From: a virus
UHGV virus genome: UHGV-1700184
Reading direction: 5' to 3' (one strand)
Length of the DNA stretch: 10,972 nucleotides
Part shown: positions 1 through 5,645 of the stretch, in pieces
Numbering within the stretch: position 1 is the stretch's first letter
How the letters are laid out: the number at the start of each line of letters is the position of its first letter
Notes under the pieces: generated by a model
The model's input: the letters and a program-made list of their open reading frames with translations, nothing else
What the model was told of the DNA's origin: nothing
The model's database searches: none
Translations under genes and position numbers: made by a program

Positions 1-22
1 AAGCCGATACATGCCACACGCA

Positions 23-433
23 TTACTCACCTACTTTGATGCGAATGCCTGCGGCGCGGATTGCATCGATGACTTCAGAAACTTTGTATGCCATTACCGT
101 TTGGTAATCCTCGTGAAAATCTGTTCGATGAAGCATGCTGCTACGTTCCGGGAGCAGTATTTCCCGCGCTTCCAGTTCTGCAATGCGCTTTTTTGCTGCT
201 TCCAGTTCATCCAGTAATCCCAGCACGGTATCCGGATTAGCCTTGGCAACAAAATCCCGGACTGGCTTACAATCAATCTCCGCAATGGGTTGATACGATG
301 TGTAGCCATGCTGTCTTGTATAACTACCGTGACGAATAACGAAAAAATCACCATTTATTTTTTTAGCCTGCCACTTATCTTCACCGGCTTTATCTGCCGC
401 TTCACGCAGTGCCTGATAGTTAATTTCGCTCAC
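23..433 (-). CDS. Ead/Ea22-like phage protein (tentative family assignment)
   Basis: Track ORF 23..454 on minus strand. Preferred start is the in-frame GTG at 433..431, preceded by AGGAGG (442-447); the 454 start has no Shine-Dalgarno. Central coiled-coil segment ([17 protein letters not shown]) and position at the far left of the early-left operon resemble lambdoid ead/Ea22 proteins; family call is from memory only. Confidence 0.5.
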   Translation of the reverse strand: MSEINYQALREAADKAGEDKWQAKKINGDFFVIRHGSYTRQHGYTSYQPIAEIDCKPVRDFVAKANPDTVLGLLDELEAAKKRIAELEAREILLPERSSMLHRTDFHEDYQTVMAYKVSEVIDAIRAAGIRIKVGE

Positions 434-597
434 TGTTTGCCTCCTTTGCGCCACATCGCATTCAGATATTTGTTTTGATTCACTGATGGAAAAGAATTTC
501 TCTTAAGTAATTCCTCTCTCGATGGCATTGGCTTTACGCGTTGGCGAATAATCATTTCTGCCGGAAGAATGCCGGGATTGTATGCAAGTCCTCTCAT
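430..597 (-). CDS. hypothetical small protein, 55 aa
   Basis: Not in the track (under 60 aa). ATG at 597..595 preceded by AAGAGGA; translation [55 protein letters not shown]. Stop TGA overlaps the GTG start of the downstream gene (GTGA), suggesting translational coupling. Confidence 0.45.
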   Translation of the reverse strand: MRGLAYNPGILPAEMIIRQRVKPMPSREELLKRNSFPSVNQNKYLNAMWRKGGKQ

Positions 598-613
598 GGT
601 AAATTCCTCTTTG

Positions 614-928
614 TTAATTTATTCGTATGCCTGTTCTCTCTTCATCAAGTTTTTTTAGCTTGTATCGCATAGCTCTTACTGAATAAATTGAGCGGCAGGT
701 TGCAATTGCTATTTCTTCTGCGGAGAACTTACCGAAAAGTGATACTTCGGCTCTTGTCCAGCGTCTTCCACGAAGTCGGCTAACAATGTCAGCGCCAATC
801 CTTGTTGCTTTCGCCATTACTGCTTTTTCAGTCCTTTCCAGTTTTTCAGCGATAACTTCAACTGGCATTGTCGCCGCTACTTCGCGCAAGAAATCGACTT
901 CCCATTTCTCCCATGGAGTCTTTTTCAT
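614..928 (-). CDS. hypothetical protein with two tandem HTH-like repeats (putative DNA-binding)
   Basis: Track ORF, 104 aa, ATG at 928. Two internal ~40-aa repeats share a W-x-x-x-E-V and E-I-A pattern ([25 protein letters not shown] / [26 protein letters not shown]) reminiscent of helix-turn-helix units. No clear SD; starts 11 nt after the upstream stop. Confidence 0.6.
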   Translation of the reverse strand: MKKTPWEKWEVDFLREVAATMPVEVIAEKLERTEKAVMAKATRIGADIVSRLRGRRWTRAEVSLFGKFSAEEIAIATCRSIYSVRAMRYKLKKLDEERTGIRIN

Positions 929-939
929 AGGCGATACCG

Positions 940-1422
940 TTATTTGATGAGAAGTGAAGGTTTCCCAACTTTGAGTTGAGCACCGGGGATATTTATTCCT
1001 GCTTTTAGTTGGTGTTTGATTGCCAGTTTGTCGGCTTTAATTGTCGTTTCAAACTCAACGTATTCAGGAGGAAGGGCGCTTGAGTCGATGATTTCTACAA
1101 TTTCTGACGGTTTGCGGATTGTTACCTGGTGAATACCTGCTCGAATATTTTTCTTGCCAACCATTTCAAGCGATGACGCTATATATGATTTGATGCTGTC
1201 AATCTTATTTTGAATTACTGCGGCTCGCTCATTTAGTGACTTTGCCTCTTCCTTGAGGCGTTCAGCATAACCAGATTCGTTTTTAATGACGGAAAGAAGT
1301 TGCTCTATTTTATCGGTAAATTCTCCTTCCATGCCTTCTATTGTGTCAGCAATCATCTCTGGCTCTAAATCTGAATCCATCAGCTTTGCGTATTCATTGG
1401 CTATTTCATACAGTTTGCTCAC
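940..1422 (-). CDS. Siphovirus Gp157-family protein
   Basis: Track ORF 940..1428 (TTG start). Preferred start is GTG at 1422..1420, preceded by GGAGG at a 6-nt spacer. Sits immediately downstream of recT and overlaps its 3' end, the usual Gp157 context; family call from memory. Confidence 0.65.
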   Translation of the reverse strand: MSKLYEIANEYAKLMDSDLEPEMIADTIEGMEGEFTDKIEQLLSVIKNESGYAERLKEEAKSLNERAAVIQNKIDSIKSYIASSLEMVGKKNIRAGIHQVTIRKPSEIVEIIDSSALPPEYVEFETTIKADKLAIKHQLKAGINIPGAQLKVGKPSLLIK

Positions 1423-2308
1423 TGGCAACCTCCAGTTTCGCTTTGCATTCTATGTAAATGGCTTGTACGTTCTGCTGCAATTTCATTCCAGATGTCAGGC
1501 GATATGCTTCTGCAAAATATCGCTTCAAATCATCCATGTTTTCTGCCTGAGCCATTTCATCGCAAAGAAGTTGTGCTTTATCCATTATTTCCTGCTGGCG
1601 TTTCCGTTCATCTTCGCGGATATCTTCCTCTGATTTGTGCGGCATAACTGGTTCCTGATGCATACCTTCATCTTCGTTAAGCAGGTGAATGGCATTATCC
1701 AGTCGCTGGGCTTTAGGCCAGTATTTGCTGGCGCGTTTAACTATTGTTTTACGCGCCATCTCTTCCCAGAATGTCTTCCACGGTCCATTCTTTGCCTTGC
1801 TCGTTGCTTCCACAGCTTTAATTTCTGCCAGACTCATTTCTTCAGTGAGGTAGTCACCATCTGCTGTTTTAACCGTACAATAACCACCAACAATAGAGCC
1901 TCGCTCACCAAATGCGTTGTATTTGTGGGTTGGTGCTGAATCAAGGCCGTTTGATTCATAGGTGTCGTTTGAGTACACCAGTTTGCATTGCCCCCACTTA
2001 ATTGATCCTGTCGACTGTGCAAGGTGAAGTAATCCCATATAGCTGATATCAAGGCAAACCATGCCGTCGCGCGGAACTAGATAAGCAAGTTTGCTGGCCG
2101 GGTTTAAGGTGATGCCGATCGCCGCAACATTGATGATGGCGTTCTGTGCGCTGGTTGGATTTGCCAGTGCCGTTTTAGCCAGGTAATCGTTTTTCTGGAA
2201 ATACTGAATTGCAAACTGGCTTTCCTTAGCCCATGTCACCGTCTGTTCAGTCAATGCTCCGCAGAATAACTGCTCCTGCTGTTTAACGAATTCAACGATA
2301 TTGCTCAT
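1406..2308 (-). CDS. recT: RecT-family single-strand annealing recombinase
   Basis: Track ORF, 300 aa, ATG at 2308 preceded by GGAGAA. Length, charged C-terminal tail and overall sequence are typical of phage RecT/Redbeta-superfamily annealing proteins; start overlaps the upstream stop (ATGA). Confidence 0.9.
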   Translation of the reverse strand: MSNIVEFVKQQEQLFCGALTEQTVTWAKESQFAIQYFQKNDYLAKTALANPTSAQNAIINVAAIGITLNPASKLAYLVPRDGMVCLDISYMGLLHLAQSTGSIKWGQCKLVYSNDTYESNGLDSAPTHKYNAFGERGSIVGGYCTVKTADGDYLTEEMSLAEIKAVEATSKAKNGPWKTFWEEMARKTIVKRASKYWPKAQRLDNAIHLLNEDEGMHQEPVMPHKSEEDIREDERKRQQEIMDKAQLLCDEMAQAENMDDLKRYFAEAYRLTSGMKLQQNVQAIYIECKAKLEVASEQTV

Positions 2309-2616
2309 GCTGCTTCTCCAAAAATGTGTCTGCGCTTGAATATTGCGAAGGCATATTCAGCCTTAACTCTTTCGGTTATTGCATCCCAGAACCATTCAGC
2401 GGCTTTTTCCTGATAGTTACAGTCATCATCTTCCAGCCAGTCGATAGCGTCCTTAGTGTGTTCATCTGGTTTATATGAGCGAAGCATTTCGCTTATTGGG
2501 TCGCAACGTTTGCAGAGGCGATCAACTTCACTGTTGATTCGCTCGTAATCTTCATCAGTAAAACTTGCGATTATTTGCGATATTTCACGCTTATCATTCA
2601 GAGTCAGAATCATCAT
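2305..2616 (-). CDS. hypothetical protein, 103 aa (occupies the gam-equivalent position)
   Basis: Track ORF; two adjacent ATGs (2616 and 2613) follow AGGAGA. Stop overlaps recT start. No recognisable family; acidic, Trp-rich C-terminal half. Confidence 0.7.
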   Translation of the reverse strand: MMILTLNDKREISQIIASFTDEDYERINSEVDRLCKRCDPISEMLRSYKPDEHTKDAIDWLEDDDCNYQEKAAEWFWDAITERVKAEYAFAIFKRRHIFGEAA

Positions 2617-2701
2617 CTTTCTCCTGTTCTTTGTGCTGATTGAGCATTTTGTTCATCTGACGAATGAATTCTTCGTCTGACCAGTTATCTGTAAAACTCA
2701 T
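2594..2701 (-). CDS. hypothetical small acidic protein, 35 aa
   Basis: ATG at 2701..2699 overlaps the stop of the upstream Kil-like ORF (ATGA); translation MSFTDNWSDEEFIRQMNKMLNQHKEQEKDDDSDSE; 3' end overlaps the start of the 103-aa gene. Coding status is uncertain. Confidence 0.3.
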   Translation of the reverse strand: MSFTDNWSDEEFIRQMNKMLNQHKEQEKDDDSDSE

Positions 2702-2850
2702 TTCCTGCGATACCACGGAAGGTTGATAGCTGATTTCATCGCTTTATTTGCTTCAAGCCACATTTTTGAATCACCAATAAATCTGGCTATTACTGCTTTG
2801 TTCTGTGCAGCACGAAGCATCTGGTGATTGATGGCTATTTCATTGCGCAT
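2698..2850 (-). CDS. kil: Kil-like small protein (possible host cell-division inhibitor), 50 aa
   Basis: ATG at 2850..2848; translation MRNEIAINHQMLRAAQNKAVIARFIGDSKMWLEANKAMKSAINLPWYRRK. Lies immediately downstream of cIII as in lambda, and the FIGD-x-KM motif resembles lambda Kil as I recall it; unverified. Confidence 0.45.
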   Translation of the reverse strand: MRNEIAINHQMLRAAQNKAVIARFIGDSKMWLEANKAMKSAINLPWYRRK

Positions 2851-2966
2851 AATAAGACCTCAACTCTTTTCCATCCGTCACGTAATTTACGGGTGATTCG
2901 TTCAAGTAAAGATTCATTTAATTGGAAGGCACCCATGCGAGCGCCTCCCGCGATTGCGTAAATCAT
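2835..2966 (-). CDS. cIII: CIII-like regulator (FtsH protease inhibitor that stabilises CII)
   Basis: ATG at 2966..2964 preceded by AAGGAA; translation MIYAIAGGARMGAFQLNESLLERITRKLRDGWKRVEVLLCAMK. The core ESLLERITRKLRDGWKR matches the amphipathic helix of lambda CIII as I recall it. At 43 aa it is shorter than lambda CIII (54 aa). Confidence 0.7.
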   Translation of the reverse strand: MIYAIAGGARMGAFQLNESLLERITRKLRDGWKRVEVLLCAMK

Positions 2967-2990
2967 GGGTGGTTCCTTATGTTGGTTTTA

Positions 2991-3959
2991 TTAGTAGGTT
3001 ATTTTTGTTGCGAATACTTCGCCTTTTACGATGGCTGTTATGATATTTTTAGCAACATCTTCTGATGCGCCAACCTTGATAAGGTCAGCAAGTATTTTGT
3101 TATTTACTTCTTTCCGGTGAGCTTTATCCTTTGCTCTACACTCTTCCTCTTCCTTGATTCTTTTTTCTTCTGCTATTCTGGCTTGCTCTTTTGCTTCAGC
3201 CTCGCGCCGGATTCGTTCAGCCTCCTCCTGTGCTTTTCGGCGTTCTGCTTCAATTGCCGCCTGCTTTTCTCTTTCAGCTCGTTCTGCTGCCTCTTTTGCT
3301 TCGCGCTGTGCTCGTTGCTCAGCTTCAATGCGTTCACGCTCTGCACGTTCCGCTGCGGCCTTAGCTTCTGCTTCTCGCCTTGCTGCTGCTTCAATTTCGG
3401 CTTTTGCCTTTGCTTCGGCTTCTGCTCTGGCTTTCTCTTCAGCTTCTCTTTTTAAGCGTTCTTCATGCTCTCGCTTTTCCTGCTCCGCTTTGAGTCTTGC
3501 CTCTTCTCTTTGGCGGTCAAATTCGCGATCCATCAAAATCGCTATTTCATGGTCAGACTCAATTTGCTTTGCGAGAGCTTCAGCTGCTGCCTTAGCTTCT
3601 TCTTCGGCTTTAATCCGCGCCTGTTCCTCTTCATAATCAGTAAGAGGCTGGCGTGCCTTGGCTTTCAGCTCATCAAGGCGATCACGCACTGTCTTGCGGT
3701 TAGCATCAATTAGCTTTGGAATTTCCTTCAGTTCAGCAACAAGGTCTTTGCCAAGACCATCGAGATATGTTTTCGTCTGCGCAACTTTATACGCCAGAGA
3801 AGCGATCTCCTTTCTGCCCTTTGCCGTTGTGATATCAGGCACAAAGGACATAACTTCACGTTCAACCTTTTGAAGGATTTCTTCAATCTGGTCGGCAGAC
3901 TGAAATACAGTCATTGCATTTGCTTTTTCAATAACAACTAAATCTGTTACTTCACTCAT
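2991..3959 (-). CDS. phage coiled-coil protein with a long E/R/K/A-rich single-helix segment
   Basis: Track ORF, 322 aa, ATG at 3959 preceded by GGAGG. A globular N-terminal ~110 aa is followed by ~170 aa of near-pure E/A/K/R repeats (AEAEAKAKAEIEAAARREAEAKAAAERAERERIEAEQRAQREAKE) and a short C-terminal domain. The DNA is strongly strand-asymmetric low complexity, which creates spurious ORFs in other frames. Confidence 0.8.
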   Translation of the reverse strand: MSEVTDLVVIEKANAMTVFQSADQIEEILQKVEREVMSFVPDITTAKGRKEIASLAYKVAQTKTYLDGLGKDLVAELKEIPKLIDANRKTVRDRLDELKAKARQPLTDYEEEQARIKAEEEAKAAAEALAKQIESDHEIAILMDREFDRQREEARLKAEQEKREHEERLKREAEEKARAEAEAKAKAEIEAAARREAEAKAAAERAERERIEAEQRAQREAKEAAERAEREKQAAIEAERRKAQEEAERIRREAEAKEQARIAEEKRIKEEEECRAKDKAHRKEVNNKILADLIKVGASEDVAKNIITAIVKGEVFATKITY

Positions 3960-3994
3960 ATATCCTCCTTAATTTGTATGCGTCAAATCCGCGC

Positions 3995-4306
3995 TCAGGC
4001 TGCTGAGGTTTCTTCTTTCAGGCTTTCGATATATTTACGTGGGTCGTCGTAACATTGGCATTCGCTGTACCAATCTACCCAGCGATCCGTAAGCTCCATC
4101 TCTGATAAATCTTCATCAGTAAGGCTCTCATCCCACATCTCAAGGCCGTTAGCATTGCAGTAGTCAGGCTTGATGTTGTTGTCATACTGAAAGGCATCAT
4201 AATCAGCCAGTGCATCCATCAGGCGAACACCCTCTTCAACACTTGCCACTTCTACAATGAACGGCTTCATAGGTACTTGCGGGATATGCCAGACACGTAA
4301 TTTCAT
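3995..4306 (-). CDS. hypothetical acidic protein, 103 aa
   Basis: Track ORF 3995..4402, but the supported start is ATG at 4306..4304 (MKLRVWHIPQ...) with GGAGG 4 nt upstream; the ATG at 4402 has SD spacing of only 2 nt and would read through a terminator hairpin. C-terminal half is rich in D/E/W/Y. Confidence 0.7.
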   Translation of the reverse strand: MKLRVWHIPQVPMKPFIVEVASVEEGVRLMDALADYDAFQYDNNIKPDYCNANGLEMWDESLTDEDLSEMELTDRWVDWYSECQCYDDPRKYIESLKEETSAA

Positions 4307-4318
4307 ATTTCCTCCGTC

Positions 4319-4346
4319 AAAAAAAATCGCCCTCACACTGGAGGGC
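4319..4346 (-). terminator. intrinsic terminator candidate (minus-strand sense)
   Basis: Stem GCCCTC (4329-4334) / GAGGGC (4341-4346) with a 6-nt loop, followed on the minus strand by eight T (complement of A 4319-4326). Lies directly upstream of the RBS of the 103-aa gene. Confidence 0.6.
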
Positions 4347-4408
4347 AAAGAAGATTTCCAACAATCAGAACAAGTCGGCTCCTGTTTAGTTACGAGCGAC
4401 ATTGCTCC

Positions 4409-4436
4409 GTGTATTCACTCGTTGGAATGAATACAC
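4409..4436. repeat. perfect 9-bp inverted repeat with 10-nt spacer
   Basis: GTGTATTCA (4409-4417) ... TGAATACAC (4428-4436), in the ~115-bp segment between two minus-strand terminators. Confidence 0.7.
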
Positions 4437-4463
4437 AGTGCAGTGTTTATTCTGTTGTTTATG

Positions 4464-4491
4464 CCAAAAATAAAGGCCGACTATGCGGCCT
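4464..4491 (-). terminator. intrinsic terminator downstream of the membrane-protein gene
   Basis: Stem AGGCCG (4474-4479) / CGGCCT (4486-4491) followed on the minus strand by TTTATTTTTGG (complement of 4464-4473); 5 nt after the stop at 4496-4498. Confidence 0.65.
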
Positions 4492-4495
4492 GAAA

Positions 4496-4945
4496 TTACT
4501 TAACCAATGATGCTGCATATTCGATAAGGTAAAGCTTTGGGGCCAGCCAAATTTTTAACCAAGTCATATTGGTTACTACACCAATAATAAAAATCCCCCA
4601 CAGAGTCAAAACTCCAACCAATGGCATGATAAGAAGATTAATATCACCTTTGCTATCCCAAACCATTGTCGGCCTGTATTTGGGATTTCCTTTCTCCCAT
4701 GAATATCCTTCATCACCGATTTTACCTGTCTCAACTCTTTGGCACTGCTTCTTCATAAACCAGAAAACCAGTGGGATTGTTAGAATGGCCATTAATGTTT
4801 TAATCAGACTGTCAACCATATTCCATAGCAGCAACTGATGAACAACATCAGGAATCTGTGCCTGGCTAAATGAAACAGCCGCGTCTATTCCATTACTGGC
4901 TTTTTGCAGTAGTTCTACGAGAATCTTGTTTGCTTGTTCTTCCAT
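4496..4945 (-). CDS. small integral membrane protein, 149 aa, two predicted TM helices (candidate superinfection-exclusion or abortive-infection cargo)
   Basis: Track ORF; ATG at 4945 preceded by AGGTGA. Hydrophobic stretches LIKTLMAILTIPLVFWFM and INLLIMPLVGVLTLWGIFIIGVV. By eye the DNA is markedly AT-richer than its neighbours. Has its own terminator, and lies in the N-to-cIII interval where lambdoid phages carry accessory genes such as sieB. Confidence 0.8.
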   Translation of the reverse strand: MEEQANKILVELLQKASNGIDAAVSFSQAQIPDVVHQLLLWNMVDSLIKTLMAILTIPLVFWFMKKQCQRVETGKIGDEGYSWEKGNPKYRPTMVWDSKGDINLLIMPLVGVLTLWGIFIIGVVTNMTWLKIWLAPKLYLIEYAASLVK

Positions 4946-4954
4946 ATATCACCT
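4937..4954. repeat. 18-nt direct repeat, copy A (RBS and start of the membrane-protein gene)
   Basis: TTCTTCCATATATCACCT at 4937-4954 is identical to 5163-5180; on the minus strand both read AGGTGATATATGGAAGAA (SD, ATG, Glu, Glu). Confidence 0.85.
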
Positions 4955-4959
4955 TGATT

Positions 4960-4995
4960 GTAATAAGCATGAAATTATTTACGGACAAAAATAAA
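4960..4995 (-). promoter_or_regulatory. candidate promoter for the membrane-protein gene
   Basis: Minus-strand TTGTCC, 17 nt, TATTAC about 10-45 nt upstream of the RBS; both hexamers are only 4/6 matches, so this is weak. Confidence 0.25.
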
Positions 4996-5084
4996 GGCCA
5001 CCATCAGGCAGCCTTGTAGTTCTGTTTACCAAGTTCTCTGGCAATCATTGTCGTCGTTCGTATTGTCCACACCATTGATTCTTA

Positions 5085-5171
5085 TCAATAGTCGTAGTCA
5101 TACGGATAGTCCTGGTATTGTTCCATCACATCCTGCGGATGCTCTTCGAACTCTTCAAATTCTTCTTCCAT
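5085..5171 (-). CDS. hypothetical acidic, aromatic-rich peptide, 28 aa
   Basis: ATG at 5171..5169 preceded by GAGGTG; translation MEEEFEEFEEHPQDVMEQYQDYPYDYDY. Shares its RBS and first codons exactly with the downstream membrane-protein gene (18-nt repeat). Confidence 0.35.
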   Translation of the reverse strand: MEEEFEEFEEHPQDVMEQYQDYPYDYDY

Positions 5172-5180
5172 ATATCACCT
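5163..5180. repeat. 18-nt direct repeat, copy B (RBS and start of the 28-aa acidic ORF)
   Basis: Identical to 4937-4954. Confidence 0.85.
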
Positions 5181-5280
5181 CAAATAAGTGTTTTGCTGCC
5201 TAATTTCATTTTCTGGCGACCAACACAAGTCACCTCCATTTCACTGCGTGGCTTGCGGTAGTAAATTAGGTTTGTTCAGA

Positions 5281-5304
5281 CAATAAAAAACCCACCGAAG
5301 TGGG
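5281..5304 (-). terminator. intrinsic terminator after the N-coupled gene
   Basis: Stem CCCAC (5291-5295) / GTGGG (5300-5304) with loop CGAA, followed on the minus strand by TTTTTTATTG; abuts the stop at 5305-5307. Confidence 0.65.
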
Positions 5305-5643
5305 CTATGACCATTTTTTATTTGGATTTCGTTGGTGAGCGTGATTAACAACTCTGTGCATTACATCCTCATATTTTTCATCTTCAATTTTTTCGACATC
5401 GCGAGGAAATGGTGTTGCTAATGCTTTGTCAACTTTGTCCATTGGTTCTTCATTAATCTTATATTCAGGACCGTCATCTATAGCATTAAATCCAGGTGTT
5501 ACACCGTTTTTTAATGCATATGCTATCCTTTTTTCCCATCTCGCTATTCTCCTCCTGTCTCGAGATGTAAGACCTCTATCAGATACTTTTCTGTTTTGTC
5601 CGCGGTCAGGATTAACATAAATAGTCTTTTTCACCATAAGCAT
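5305..5643 (-). CDS. hypothetical basic/acidic protein translationally coupled to N, about 112 aa
   Basis: Track ORF 5305..5649 uses a TTG; the first ATG is 5643..5641, 2 nt after the N stop. Arginine-rich segment SRDRRRIARWEKRIA followed by an acidic C-terminal half. No family recognised. Confidence 0.6.
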   Translation of the reverse strand: MLMVKKTIYVNPDRGQNRKVSDRGLTSRDRRRIARWEKRIAYALKNGVTPGFNAIDDGPEYKINEEPMDKVDKALATPFPRDVEKIEDEKYEDVMHRVVNHAHQRNPNKKWS

Positions 5644-5645
5644 AC

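Noticed and set aside
11-478. Track ORFs 11..217 (+), 94..354 (-) and 290..478 (+)
   Set aside because: All overlap the Ead/Ea22-like minus-strand gene in other frames or antisense; no RBS, and Cys/Phe-rich translations typical of antisense frames.
1286-2052. Track ORFs 1286..1633 (+), 1637..1939 (+) and 1834..2052 (-) inside recT and the Gp157-family gene
   Set aside because: Embedded in or antisense to confidently assigned genes; no independent support.
3117-3636. Track ORFs 3117..3455 (+), 3154..3636 (+) and 3173..3394 (-) with Ser/Ala/Cys/Phe-rich low-complexity translations
   Set aside because: They are alternative-frame and antisense readings of the repetitive GAA/GCN-type DNA encoding the E/R/K/A helix of the 322-aa minus-strand gene; no RBS and no plausible protein composition.
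3465-3873. Track ORFs 3465..3713 (+) and 3658..3873 (+)
   Set aside because: Antisense to the 5' part of the 322-aa gene, with no start context.
3995-4402. Long form of the 103-aa gene starting at ATG 4402
   Set aside because: SD spacing of only 2 nt, and the extension would translate through the terminator hairpin at 4319-4346; the internal ATG at 4306 has a good GGAGG.
4569-4838. Track ORF 4569..4838 (+) antisense to the membrane-protein gene
   Set aside because: Lies wholly within the better-supported minus-strand gene, which has RBS, promoter and terminator; no SD.
5190-5249. 19-aa minus-strand ORF (MEVTCVGRQKMKLGSKTLI) between the terminator at 5281-5304 and the acidic peptide ORF
   Set aside because: Very short, weak RBS, and overlaps the ribosome-binding site of the next ORF; probably a chance frame.
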